Source: a virus
Taxonomy: Duplodnaviria > Caudoviricetes
Length of the DNA: 56,759 bases
Direction: 5' to 3' (one strand)
IMG/VR virus record: IMGVR_UViG_3300032235_001027
Location: 1-56,759 of that record
Made by a program: the position numbers and the translations under genes. Below, in pieces: positions 29,865-39,578 of the stretch (positions within the stretch are counted from its first letter, which is position 1; each line of letters starts with the position of its first letter). Below the pieces are notes generated by a model that saw only the letters and a list, made by a program, of their open reading frames with translations, was not told where the DNA came from and did no database searches.

Positions 29865-30836
29865 ATGATTTTCAACGAACAAATCTCCAGAAAACCAAAT
29901 TTCCATCCTTGGACAGAAGAGGCTAAACAGGCAATGCATAATGGTTTTTGGACGGATAAAGTTTTTACGTTTACAGCAGACGTTCAAGACTTTAAGTCTG
30001 TCCTGACAGACAAGGAAAGAGAAATTGTTGTTCGCACTCTTTCTGCTATCGGTCAAATAGAAGTGGCAGTAAAATCATTTTGGGCTAAACTTGGAGAAAA
30101 TTTACCTCACCCATCACTTGCTGATCTTGGTTATGTAATGGCAAATGTAGAGGTCATTCATAATGATGCTTACGAACGTTTACTTTCTGTTCTAGGTTTA
30201 GAAGACATTTTCGAACAAAATTTGAAACTTGAGTGGATTCAAGGAAGGGTTAAGTACCTTAAAAAGTACACTCATAAATTCTACAAGGATAGTAAAAAGC
30301 AATACCTCTACGCTTTGATCCTCTTTACTTTGTTTGTAGAAAATGTATCTTTGTTTTCTCAGTTCTATGTGGTCAATTGGTTCAATCGTTTCAAAAATGT
30401 CTTGCCTGATACAGATACTCAGGTAAAGTACACTAGAAATGAAGAAACGATCCATGCAATGGTCGGAATGAAGTTGGTGAATACAATCAGAGAAGAATAC
30501 CCAGAATTATTCGATCATGATCTAGAGGCAAAAATTCTAGAAGAAGCAGAACAAGCTTTTATTGCAGAATCTAAAATTATTGATTGGATGGTCAATGGGA
30601 TTCAAGAAGAAAACTTGAGTGCTGCAATTTTAAAAGAGTTCGTAAAGTCAAGAATAAACGACTCATTAAAAGAAATAGGATTTAAACAAATTTTTAGCTT
30701 GGATGAAAGTCTTATAGAGAAGACTTCTTGGTTCAAGGAAGAACTACTTGCAAATACACTTACAGATTTCTTTAAGAAAAGACCGACAGAGTATTCAAAA
30801 AACAGCCAATCATTCACAGAAGACGATCTATTTTAA
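29865..30836 (+). CDS. nrdB: Ribonucleotide reductase class I beta subunit
   Basis: QIEVAVK, EVIHNDAY, ENVSLFSQF and EETIH dimetal ligands; C-terminal DFFKKRPTEYSK. Confidence 0.95.
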   Translation: MIFNEQISRKPNFHPWTEEAKQAMHNGFWTDKVFTFTADVQDFKSVLTDKEREIVVRTLSAIGQIEVAVKSFWAKLGENLPHPSLADLGYVMANVEVIHNDAYERLLSVLGLEDIFEQNLKLEWIQGRVKYLKKYTHKFYKDSKKQYLYALILFTLFVENVSLFSQFYVVNWFNRFKNVLPDTDTQVKYTRNEETIHAMVGMKLVNTIREEYPELFDHDLEAKILEEAEQAFIAESKIIDWMVNGIQEENLSAAILKEFVKSRINDSLKEIGFKQIFSLDESLIEKTSWFKEELLANTLTDFFKKRPTEYSKNSQSFTEDDLF

Positions 30837-30837
30837 T

Positions 30838-32484
30838 ATGTCAGAAATATACTGGTTAAACAAAGAGTCAAGAAACTTTCTAAGCAAAGGATATTTAGTT
30901 GAAGGCGAGTCAGCGGAAGATAGATTGCACCAAATTGCAGATACGGCTCAAAAGCATTTACCAGAAATTAAATTCTATGATAAATTCATGGAATATTTAA
31001 AGGCTGGCTTTTACTCTTTAAGTTCTCCAGTTTGGTCTAATTTCGGAAGAAAAAGAGGATTGCCAATCTCTTGTTTTGGATCTTGTGTCGAAGACACGAT
31101 GGATAGCATCTTGGGTAAAGCTGCTGAGGTTGGCAAAATGTCTCAAATGGGGGGTGGAACCAGTGGATATTTCGGCAACTTACGCCCAAGAGGAGCAAAA
31201 ATATCAAGCGGTGGAGAAACTTCTGGAGCAGTTCATTTCATGAAAATGTTCGAAACGAACACTAACGTGATTTCTCAAGGTAATACTAGAAGAGGTAGTT
31301 TTGCAGCATATCTTCCAGTAGATCATCCTGATATTGAAGAATTACTTCAGATTAAAGACGAAGGATCTCCAATCCAAGAGATATCAATAGGCGTTTGTAT
31401 TTCCGACGCTTGGATGCAGGCAATGATTGATGGAGACAAAGATAAAAGAAGTTTGTGGGGCAAAATTATTAAGAAAAAATATGCAAGCGGATATCCTTAT
31501 ATTTTCTTTTCTGATAATGCCAATAATCAAGCTCCAGAAGTATACAAAGATAAAGGTTTAAAAATTAAACATAGCAATCTATGCTCTGAGATAATGCTTC
31601 CAAATAATGAAGACGAATCATTTGTTTGCTGCTTGTCTTCAATGAATTTGGCTAAGTGGAATCAGTGGAAAGATACGGATGCAGTAGAGATGATGATTTA
31701 CTTCCTTGATACAGTAATGGAAGAATTCATTATTAAAACAAAAGGCATGAAATATATGGAAGCCGCCCATAACTTCGCTGTACGCCATAGAGCGCTAGGA
31801 TTAGGGGGTCTTGGTTGGAGCAGTTATCTTCAAGACAATATGATTGCATTTGAATCTTTTGAGGCAAAAATGTTAAATGCTCAGATATGGAAATCGATAA
31901 AAGAAAAAGCAAATAGCGCAAGCGTTAATTTAGCAAAGTTAAAGGGAGAACCAGAATTGTTAAAAGGATACGGTAGAAGAAATTCTACTCTATTGGCAGT
32001 AGCGCCAACTACATCGAGTTCCTTTATTCTTGGACAAGTTTCACCAAGTATTGAACCATTAAAGGATAATTACTTCATTAAAGATTTAGCCAAAACAAGG
32101 TCAACCTACAAAAATCCAAGCCTTAAAAAATTTCTATCTTCAATAGAGAAAGATACCATAGAAGTATGGGATGCAATTCTCCAGAAAGCGGGAAGCGTTC
32201 AACATCTTGATTTCTTGACTCAAGATCAAAAAGATGTATTTAAAACATTCGGAGAAATTTCTCAAAAAGAAATAATCATTCAAGCCGCACAGAGACAAAA
32301 GCATATTGATCAAGGTCAATCCTTAAATATCCATATTCCTCCAGATACTAAACCTAAAGACGTAAGCGATTTAATGATTTTTGCTTGGCAACAAGGAATC
32401 AAATCTCTGTATTATCAGAGAAGCGCTAATCCAGCCCAAGAATTAGCTCGATCTATTTTGGGCTGTAAATCATGTGAAGGATAA
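30838..32484 (+). CDS. nrdA: Ribonucleotide reductase class I alpha subunit (no ATP cone)
   Basis: PISCF, SNLCSE, APTTSSS, DQGQSLN, KSLYY, C-terminal CKSC. Likely start is MSEIYW at 30838, right after the nrdB stop. Confidence 0.95.
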   Translation: MSEIYWLNKESRNFLSKGYLVEGESAEDRLHQIADTAQKHLPEIKFYDKFMEYLKAGFYSLSSPVWSNFGRKRGLPISCFGSCVEDTMDSILGKAAEVGKMSQMGGGTSGYFGNLRPRGAKISSGGETSGAVHFMKMFETNTNVISQGNTRRGSFAAYLPVDHPDIEELLQIKDEGSPIQEISIGVCISDAWMQAMIDGDKDKRSLWGKIIKKKYASGYPYIFFSDNANNQAPEVYKDKGLKIKHSNLCSEIMLPNNEDESFVCCLSSMNLAKWNQWKDTDAVEMMIYFLDTVMEEFIIKTKGMKYMEAAHNFAVRHRALGLGGLGWSSYLQDNMIAFESFEAKMLNAQIWKSIKEKANSASVNLAKLKGEPELLKGYGRRNSTLLAVAPTTSSSFILGQVSPSIEPLKDNYFIKDLAKTRSTYKNPSLKKFLSSIEKDTIEVWDAILQKAGSVQHLDFLTQDQKDVFKTFGEISQKEIIIQAAQRQKHIDQGQSLNIHIPPDTKPKDVSDLMIFAWQQGIKSLYYQRSANPAQELARSILGCKSCEG

Positions 32485-32527
32485 TTTTTTTTCAAAAAAT
32501 TAATTTCTCTGTGTAATTATTCAACAA

Positions 32528-33691
32528 ATGGAACTCGATTTTTCTGACAAAATTAAAGAACTTTTAAAGTCAAAGGACTCAACTGTAGTTGATTCTACTA
32601 TTGTTGCCGAAGATAAAATCGAAAAAACATGTTCAGAATGTAATAAATCAATGTCTGAATGTGAATGTGAAGATGAAGAAGAGGGCGAAGATTCCGAAAA
32701 CGAAGATTCCGAAAACGAAGAGTCTGAAAACGAAGATGAGATGGAGGAAGATGAAGCAAAATCAAAGAAAAAGAGCAAAATAGTTGCTTTCTTGATGAAA
32801 AAAGTTTCAGCCCATAATAGCAAAAATAATCCATTTGTAGTTTCTTTAGAGCAATTGATGAAAGTGTATGCAAGGGGATTGCAGGAATCTATTAAAAATT
32901 TCAAGCCTGGAAAATCTCAAGATGAGTGGGCGTTTGCAAGAGTTAACTTATTTTTGAAAATGGCATCTGGTCAAAATGTTTTAGCTTCTTATGCCAAAGC
33001 AGATTCTGATATTTTAAATAATCAAGATTTGTCAGAGAACTACGAGTTTTCAGATTTTCAAGATATTGAATTCCAATTAGCGAAACTTTCTTGCATTGAA
33101 GCTGGGTTTTCAGATTCTGAATTTGAATTATCTTCTGCGGAAGATAAAAAAAAAAGTAAGACTTTAAATAAACCATTTAGACTTCCTTCTGGCTCCAAGA
33201 AGAAGTTTGGAGTTTATGTAAAAAACGACAAAGGTAATGTCGTCATGGTCAAGTTTGGCGATCCAAACATGAGCATTAAACGTGACGATCCCGAACGTAG
33301 AAAAGCTTATAGATCAAGACATGGATGCGAAAGCCCTGGGCCAAAATGGAAAGCAAATTATTGGTCATGCAAAATGTGGAGTAAAACTCCCGTTAGTAAA
33401 ATAACTTCCTCTGAGGAATGCGATTGTGGCTGCAAAGAAGTCGATGTTCAAGATTTGATTGATATTGAGGGTGCAAAAAAAGGTCTTTGGGACAATATTA
33501 GAGAAAAGAAAAAAAGAATGGGCAAAAAATACAAGCCCGCTAAAGTCGGAGATAAGGACCGTCCAGATCCAGAAGCTTGGAAAAAAGCTCAAGCTGACGA
33601 ATACGAATGGGATGGCGAAGAAGAATTCTCTCAAGAAGAATTATTAAAACTTGATCCCTCTTTAGCTTCTGTAGAAATCGTCGAAGAATAA
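32528..33691 (+). CDS. Modular acidic/basic protein, putative head-internal protein
   Basis: Acidic Cys-containing linkers separate basic modules (VYARG...WAFARVNLF; FGDPNM...RSRHGC...YWSCKMW; GLWDNIR). GTGTAA at 32511. Confidence 0.5.
   Translation: MELDFSDKIKELLKSKDSTVVDSTIVAEDKIEKTCSECNKSMSECECEDEEEGEDSENEDSENEESENEDEMEEDEAKSKKKSKIVAFLMKKVSAHNSKNNPFVVSLEQLMKVYARGLQESIKNFKPGKSQDEWAFARVNLFLKMASGQNVLASYAKADSDILNNQDLSENYEFSDFQDIEFQLAKLSCIEAGFSDSEFELSSAEDKKKSKTLNKPFRLPSGSKKKFGVYVKNDKGNVVMVKFGDPNMSIKRDDPERRKAYRSRHGCESPGPKWKANYWSCKMWSKTPVSKITSSEECDCGCKEVDVQDLIDIEGAKKGLWDNIREKKKRMGKKYKPAKVGDKDRPDPEAWKKAQADEYEWDGEEEFSQEELLKLDPSLASVEIVEE
32686..32736 (+). repeat. 15-nt coding tandem repeat (EDSEN)
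   Basis: cgaagattccgaaaa x2, then cgaagagtctgaaaa, then cgaaga. Confidence 0.85.
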
Positions 33692-33703
33692 ATTATTATC
33701 TGA

Positions 33704-34477
33704 GTGATTTCAGTATATCATTCAGCATTTAATTTAAACAAGCATGGTTTTACTGGATGGCAAGACTGCTTACGTAAGTCATGTCAATTTGCAGATCAAG
33801 TAGTAATTGCAGTAAATACATCCGAAGATGATACCTATGACACTGTATCATCTATTTTAAAGGATAATGCTAAAAGCAGCATACTTTTAAAAACAAATTT
33901 TGACTATCAAGACCCTTGGCTTGATGGTAAAATTAAAAATGCAGCTCTTCAAGAGTGTAATTGCGAATTTAAAGTTCAATTAGATTTAGATGAATATATT
34001 CCATCTTGGCAGCGTCCACTATGGGACTCCATGTTTTTCAGGCTTAAATTTGATGGAGTTCAGTGTTATGCAGTTCCATCTATTGATTTATATAAAGATT
34101 TAAATCATTATAAATCCATAAATCATAAACAATACGCTCATAAAGGTCAAGCATATAGAGCGCCACAAAAGGCAGCTAGAAAAGCTGACGGAACAATAAA
34201 TACGCTACTCAGCGATGGATGCGATTTAGTTGATCAAGAAGGTAATTTTATTTCGACAGCTGCAATTACAAAAGATATTAATATCCTTGAAAGCAACCAA
34301 GCTCCATTTGTGGTACATCTTGGATATGTAGACCTTAATTCTAGATTAAAAAGAAATCATGAATTTTGGAACGAACATTGGTATGTAGAGGGAGGTGGAC
34401 AAGCTCCAGCTCATAAAATACATATGAATGATGAGGATTTCGACTATCCATATATACAGCATAAATTAAAATTATGA
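33704..34477 (+). CDS. Glycosyltransferase, GT-A/GT2-like
   Basis: SEDDT, KNAALQEC and QLDLDE (DxD) motifs; late VHLGY. Confidence 0.75.
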   Translation: MISVYHSAFNLNKHGFTGWQDCLRKSCQFADQVVIAVNTSEDDTYDTVSSILKDNAKSSILLKTNFDYQDPWLDGKIKNAALQECNCEFKVQLDLDEYIPSWQRPLWDSMFFRLKFDGVQCYAVPSIDLYKDLNHYKSINHKQYAHKGQAYRAPQKAARKADGTINTLLSDGCDLVDQEGNFISTAAITKDINILESNQAPFVVHLGYVDLNSRLKRNHEFWNEHWYVEGGGQAPAHKIHMNDEDFDYPYIQHKLKL

Positions 34478-35049
34478 TAAACGGAAAAACAATTACGCTC
34501 TCATCTATTGCGTGGGGAAAAGAAATTGAAAAAATTAAATTAACATTTAATCATTGTTTAGATATTTTCCCTTTTTTTGATGATGTAAAATTAATTACTC
34601 ATATTGATAATGCAACAGAATATAATAGATTTTCAATAGAAAACTTAAACAATTTTATAGAAACTGATTTTGTATTGCTAATACATTCAGATGGCTTTAT
34701 AAAAAATCCACATCTCTGGAATGATAATTTTTTAAATTTTGATTATATTGGTGCGCCTTGGCCTTGGCATGGAGTATGCGGAAATGGTGGATTTTCATTA
34801 AGGAGCAAAAAATTTTTAGAAATAAGTTCTAAATTAAAATATATAAAATATCATGAAGAATATGATAATTGTCCAGAAGATAACTTTCTATGCTTAGATA
34901 AATACAAACGTGGCTTTATGATGCAAAATGGAATAAAATTTGCTGATATAAAAACAGCTTTAGACTTTTCATTTGAACATTCTATTTCGGAATATCCAAA
35001 TCACACAATAGAAAATTCTTTTGGTTTTCACGGAAAATTTAATTTATGA
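34474..35049 (+). CDS. DUF5672-like putative glycosyltransferase
   Basis: IHSDGF, FDYIGAPW, GNGGFSLRSK, PED and FGFH motifs. Confidence 0.75.
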   Translation: MINGKTITLSSIAWGKEIEKIKLTFNHCLDIFPFFDDVKLITHIDNATEYNRFSIENLNNFIETDFVLLIHSDGFIKNPHLWNDNFLNFDYIGAPWPWHGVCGNGGFSLRSKKFLEISSKLKYIKYHEEYDNCPEDNFLCLDKYKRGFMMQNGIKFADIKTALDFSFEHSISEYPNHTIENSFGFHGKFNL

Positions 35050-35798
35050 TTTCAATATCTTATAATTATTCATCAAATGATATTGAATTTTTAGAACAAT
35101 GTATTGAGCAAGCAAAAATTGTGACAGATGATATACATTTTACTCATGTAGATAAATTTTTTAATGGGGATGAAGAAAATAAATTTTTAATAGACCAAAG
35201 CAAAAAAATTGCAAAAAATATAAATTTTCATGAATTAAAATTTCAAGATTTTTCAAAACAAATGCCAGATAAAAAAATAAGATTCAAATATTGGCACAAT
35301 GCATGTAGGTTAAATAATACATATAATTCTAAATATAAATACGTTCTTTATTTGGATGGAGATGAAATATTAGATGGAATTGAATTAAAGAAATGGTTAA
35401 ATAATGGATTCGAGAAATTTAACTGTTATGTATTTAATGTTTATTGGTACTTTAGAAGCAAAAATTACCAAGCAAAAACATTTGAGGAAGGACCAATTAT
35501 GGTAAATAAAAATTTACTTACAAATGAAGACATAATGAATATATCTGAAAGATGGGCTTTACTAAAAAATCCATGCGCTAGAAGCATAAATTCACTAGAT
35601 AATAAACCGATGATACATCATTTTAGTTGGGCAAAAGGAAATTCTGACGAAGAATGTAAAAGAAAACTGCTAAGTAAAGTTGAGAGCTGGGGTCATTCTA
35701 CGGATAGAGATTGGAAATCTCAAATAGAAGAAGAATTTTCAAGACCATTTAATGGAACCGATTTCGTACACAATTATAATTATAACATATTAATTTAA
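35046..35798 (+). CDS. Glycosyltransferase, GT-A/GT2-like
   Basis: YVLYLDGDE (DxD), HHFSW, KVESWGH. Confidence 0.7.
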   Translation: MISISYNYSSNDIEFLEQCIEQAKIVTDDIHFTHVDKFFNGDEENKFLIDQSKKIAKNINFHELKFQDFSKQMPDKKIRFKYWHNACRLNNTYNSKYKYVLYLDGDEILDGIELKKWLNNGFEKFNCYVFNVYWYFRSKNYQAKTFEEGPIMVNKNLLTNEDIMNISERWALLKNPCARSINSLDNKPMIHHFSWAKGNSDEECKRKLLSKVESWGHSTDRDWKSQIEEEFSRPFNGTDFVHNYNYNILI

Positions 35799-35810
35799 TC
35801 TATAAATAAA

Positions 35811-37097
35811 ATGAAAGAAATGATATCTGAATTAGTTTCAAATTTTAATCCTCCATATATTTATAATTCTAAAAATTTTATACCGCAAAAAAGTACAGTA
35901 TATTATTCTGGACCCTATTGGGACGAAAGGGAGTTGGAGGCGTCAATTTCTTCTTTATTAACTGGTAAATGGGTAACCGCTGGAGAAAAAGTTAATAAAT
36001 TTGAAATTGAGTTTTCCAAAAAGTTTAATACAAAATATTCTCATATGGTTAACTCTGGGAGTTCCGCAAATTTAATTTTAATTGCCGCATTAAAAAAGAG
36101 ATTCCTATGGGAAGATGAAGATGAAATTATTGTATCTCCAGTTGGTTTTGCAACTACGATATCCGTTATACATCAAAATAAATTAAAACCAGTTTTTGTA
36201 GATATAGAATGGGAAACTTTAAATTTTGATACAAATAAAATTGAAGAAAAAATAACAAGCAAAACAAAGGCAATTTTTGTTTCTCCAGTACTGGGCAATC
36301 CTCCAGATATGGAAAAGTTGATTGAATTATGTGAAAAATATAATATAAAATTAATTGGTGATAATTGCGATAGTTTGGGCAGCAAATGGAATGGAAAATA
36401 TTTAAATGAGTATTATGTAGCTTATTCTAATTCATTTTATCCTGCACACCATATTTCTACTGGAGAAGGTGGAATGGTTTGTACCAATGATTTAGAATTA
36501 AAAAAATTATTTGTAAGTCTTAGTTGGTGGGGAAGAGATTGTTATTGTGTTGGTTCTGCAAATTTACTTTCGTGTGGAACTTGTGGCAATAGATTCGATA
36601 AATGGTTAGAAAGTCATGATCAAATCGTGGATCATAAATATGTTTTCTCTCAAATGGGTTTTAATTTAAAACCATTGGATCTACAGGGAGCAATTGGTTG
36701 CGAGCAACTTAAAAAAATCGAAGAAATAGAAATCAAAAGGAAAATTTCAAAAAATACTTTGACAGATATTTTTTTAAATAATATTAAAGGTTTAAAAACT
36801 CCAAATATTTTAGATAAAGCTGACCCTTGTTGGTTTGGAACTCCTTTTATTTGCGAAGATTCTAATTTAAAAAATAAGTTAGTTAAACATTTAGAAGAAA
36901 ATAAAATACAAACAAGAAATTATTTTGCTGGCAATATATTAATGCATTCTGGATATAGTTTTCTGGATGACTATAAGAAATATGTAGAAGCGAATAAAGT
37001 TTTAGGAAAAGTTTTCTTTATAGGTGCAGCCCCACATTATAATGAAAATATTTTCTCTTATATTGAGGAGGTTATAAAAAAATTTAAATATGAATAG
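35811..37097 (+). CDS. rfbH: NDP-4-keto-6-deoxyhexose 3-dehydratase (RfbH/DdhC E1-like)
   Basis: DegT-family fold (VNSGSSAN, DNCD) with His at the usual Schiff-base Lys (SFYPAHHISTGEGG) and an Fe-S-type Cys cluster GRDCYC...CGTCG. Confidence 0.85.
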   Translation: MKEMISELVSNFNPPYIYNSKNFIPQKSTVYYSGPYWDERELEASISSLLTGKWVTAGEKVNKFEIEFSKKFNTKYSHMVNSGSSANLILIAALKKRFLWEDEDEIIVSPVGFATTISVIHQNKLKPVFVDIEWETLNFDTNKIEEKITSKTKAIFVSPVLGNPPDMEKLIELCEKYNIKLIGDNCDSLGSKWNGKYLNEYYVAYSNSFYPAHHISTGEGGMVCTNDLELKKLFVSLSWWGRDCYCVGSANLLSCGTCGNRFDKWLESHDQIVDHKYVFSQMGFNLKPLDLQGAIGCEQLKKIEEIEIKRKISKNTLTDIFLNNIKGLKTPNILDKADPCWFGTPFICEDSNLKNKLVKHLEENKIQTRNYFAGNILMHSGYSFLDDYKKYVEANKVLGKVFFIGAAPHYNENIFSYIEEVIKKFKYE

Positions 37098-37929
37098 TAA
37101 AATATCGGTTTTTGGATCAACTGGATTTATAGGATCTGAATTTTGCAAAAAATATAAAAAAGACATTATTGAAATTGAAAAAAATGATTTTTTTCCAAAA
37201 AGCGATACTTTATTATATCTTATAAGTACAGTAGATAATTATAATATTTTTACTAGTAGCACGTTGGATATTGATACAAATTTGATTTATTTGATGAAAG
37301 TTCTAGAAAATTGCAAAAATAAAAATATTAAATTTAATTTCATTAGTTCTTGGTATGTTTATGGAAATGTTGATTTACCAGCAAGAGAAGATTCAAATTG
37401 CAATCCAAAGGGATTTTATTCTATAACAAAATATGCTGCAGAAATGCTTGTAGAATCATTTTGTAATACATTTAATATTGACTATACAATAATTAGATTG
37501 GGAAACGTAATTGGTGGAAGGGATAAAAAAGCATCAAAAAAGAAAAATGCATTTCATTTTTTATTAAATGAGTTAAAAAATAATTCTGAAATATCATTAT
37601 ACAATGATGGAAAATTTTATAGAGATTTTATAAGTATAAATGATACGGTTGAAGGATTAAATTTTTTAATAAAAAATGGAGAAAATAAACAAATTTATAA
37701 TTTATCAACTGGAGTTCCAGTTTTATTTTGCGATGCAATAAATTACGCTTACAAGAAATTAAAATCGACTAGCAATATAAAAAATATGGAGCCAACTAAT
37801 TTTCACAAAATAGTTCAAACTGAATCAATGCATTTAGATATATCAAAAATAAGAAAGTTAGGATTTCTTCCTAAAGAAAACATACAACAAATCATAGATA
37901 ATTTAATATCTGACTTTAACTTAAACTAA
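37090..37929 (+). CDS. NAD-dependent epimerase/reductase (extended SDR)
   Basis: GSTGFIG, SSWYVYG, YSITK (YxxxK), RDFI. Confidence 0.85.
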   Translation: MNSKISVFGSTGFIGSEFCKKYKKDIIEIEKNDFFPKSDTLLYLISTVDNYNIFTSSTLDIDTNLIYLMKVLENCKNKNIKFNFISSWYVYGNVDLPAREDSNCNPKGFYSITKYAAEMLVESFCNTFNIDYTIIRLGNVIGGRDKKASKKKNAFHFLLNELKNNSEISLYNDGKFYRDFISINDTVEGLNFLIKNGENKQIYNLSTGVPVLFCDAINYAYKKLKSTSNIKNMEPTNFHKIVQTESMHLDISKIRKLGFLPKENIQQIIDNLISDFNLN

Positions 37930-37941
37930 AAAATAAACACA

Positions 37942-38511
37942 ATGAAATATTTCATAAATTATAAAAACATACTAACCGCGCAACTTCCATCTACTTTAGA
38001 TTTTTTAAAAAAAATTATTTCTGAAAATAATTTCGAAACAATTCTGGAGATTGGAACGAACAGAGGGGGATTGACATTATGGTTAAATGATAATAAAAAA
38101 ATAAATTCAAAAATTTATTCTTTTGAAATTTATGAACATATTCCACTTTTTAAAAAAACAGACCTTGATGGCGATTTAATTATAGGAAATATATTTAGTG
38201 AAAATATTATGCAAATTGTAAAAAATTTACTTTTAGATAAAAAACAATGCCTACTTCTATGCGATGGTGGAGATAAAAATACTGAATTTAATTTATTTTC
38301 TAAATTTTTAAAGCCTAATGACGTTATTATGCTACATGACTACTGCGACAATGAAGAAGAATATAAATTAATTCAACAAGAAACTGGTTGGCCAACTCCA
38401 GCAGAAAGTGATTTAAATTCAATTTCATTATCCATTCGACAAAATAATCTTGAGCCCTATTATTACGAAATGGGTAAAAAGAATTTATGGGGTTCATTTA
38501 TAAAAAAATAA
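37942..38511 (+). CDS. Class I SAM-dependent methyltransferase
   Basis: ILEIGTNRGG, LCDGG, LKPNDVIMLHD. Confidence 0.7.
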   Translation: MKYFINYKNILTAQLPSTLDFLKKIISENNFETILEIGTNRGGLTLWLNDNKKINSKIYSFEIYEHIPLFKKTDLDGDLIIGNIFSENIMQIVKNLLLDKKQCLLLCDGGDKNTEFNLFSKFLKPNDVIMLHDYCDNEEEYKLIQQETGWPTPAESDLNSISLSIRQNNLEPYYYEMGKKNLWGSFIKK

Positions 38512-38514
38512 AAA

Positions 38515-39567
38515 ATGAAAAAAGTATTAATTACAGGAGTAACTGGCCAAGATGGAAGTTTGATGGCGGAATATCTTTTATGTAAATATGAAGATATAGA
38601 AGTATACGGTGCTCATAGGAGATTGAGCGTACCAAATCATTGTAATATTCAGCATTTAAAATCAAACCCAAGATTTAAAGTGATTGAAATGGATATTACA
38701 GATCCAGAAAGTATCAGCAATGTATTTGCTGAAATACTACCAGATTATTTTATTAATTTTGCAGCTAATTCTTTTGTTGGAAATAGCTGGAAGATGCCAG
38801 TAAATCACATGCAAACAAACGCAATGGGCGTTTTGCATTGCCTTGAGGCAATTAAAAATATCAAGCCAGATACTAAATTTTATAATGCTGGAAGTTCTGA
38901 GCAATTTGGAGATGTAGATTATGCGCCACAAGATATCAAACATCCATTTAAGCCAAGATCTCCATATGGAGTCTCCAAATGCACTGCTCATCATTTAGTA
39001 AAAGTATACAGAGAATCCTATAATATTTTTGCAGTTCAAGGAATCTTATTTAATCATGAAGGTGTTCGTAGAGGAGAAGAATTTGTAACTAGAAAAATCA
39101 CAAAAAATGTAGCTAGAATAAGCAAGGCAATTAAAGAAGGTAAATCATTCGAACCACTAAGACTTGGAAACATTCTTTCTCAAAGAGATTGGAGCGATGC
39201 AGAAGACTTTGTTCGTGGAGTATGGCTAATGCTTAATCAGGAAAAACCAAAAGACTACGTGCTTTCCTCCAATGAAACTCACACAATTAAAGAATTTGTT
39301 GAGTTGGCATTCAAGCATGTCGGGATTGTTGGAGAGTGGGCGGGAGAAAGCGGAAATAAAAAATATATTATTCCTAATTATTATATTGATATTTCTGGAA
39401 TTAAAAGTTCCATTTTAATGGAGATAGATCCTCAGTTCTACAGGCCCGCAGAAGTTGACTTGCTTCTTGGTGACTCAACCCCAGCAAGAGAAGAGCTTGG
39501 ATGGAAACCAGAAACATCGTTTCAAAAATTAGTGGAAAAAATGGTAGACAACGATTTATCGTCATGA
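38515..39567 (+). CDS. gmd: GDP-mannose 4,6-dehydratase
   Basis: LITGVTGQDGS, PRSPYGVSK, GILFNHE, FVTRKIT, YRPAEVDLLLGD. Confidence 0.95.
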   Translation: MKKVLITGVTGQDGSLMAEYLLCKYEDIEVYGAHRRLSVPNHCNIQHLKSNPRFKVIEMDITDPESISNVFAEILPDYFINFAANSFVGNSWKMPVNHMQTNAMGVLHCLEAIKNIKPDTKFYNAGSSEQFGDVDYAPQDIKHPFKPRSPYGVSKCTAHHLVKVYRESYNIFAVQGILFNHEGVRRGEEFVTRKITKNVARISKAIKEGKSFEPLRLGNILSQRDWSDAEDFVRGVWLMLNQEKPKDYVLSSNETHTIKEFVELAFKHVGIVGEWAGESGNKKYIIPNYYIDISGIKSSILMEIDPQFYRPAEVDLLLGDSTPAREELGWKPETSFQKLVEKMVDNDLSS

Positions 39568-39573
39568 TATAAT
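39545..39573 (+). promoter_or_regulatory. Sigma70-like promoter with extended -10
   Basis: TAGACA-N17-TATAAT with TGn; the ATG is 5 nt downstream. Confidence 0.6.
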
Positions 39574-39578
39574 GCCTC

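Noticed and set aside
30748-30837. Upstream start extensions in the ORF track (nrdA 30748; also 41415, 41738, 51927)
   Set aside because: They overlap upstream genes, promoters or a terminator; downstream ATGs fit better.
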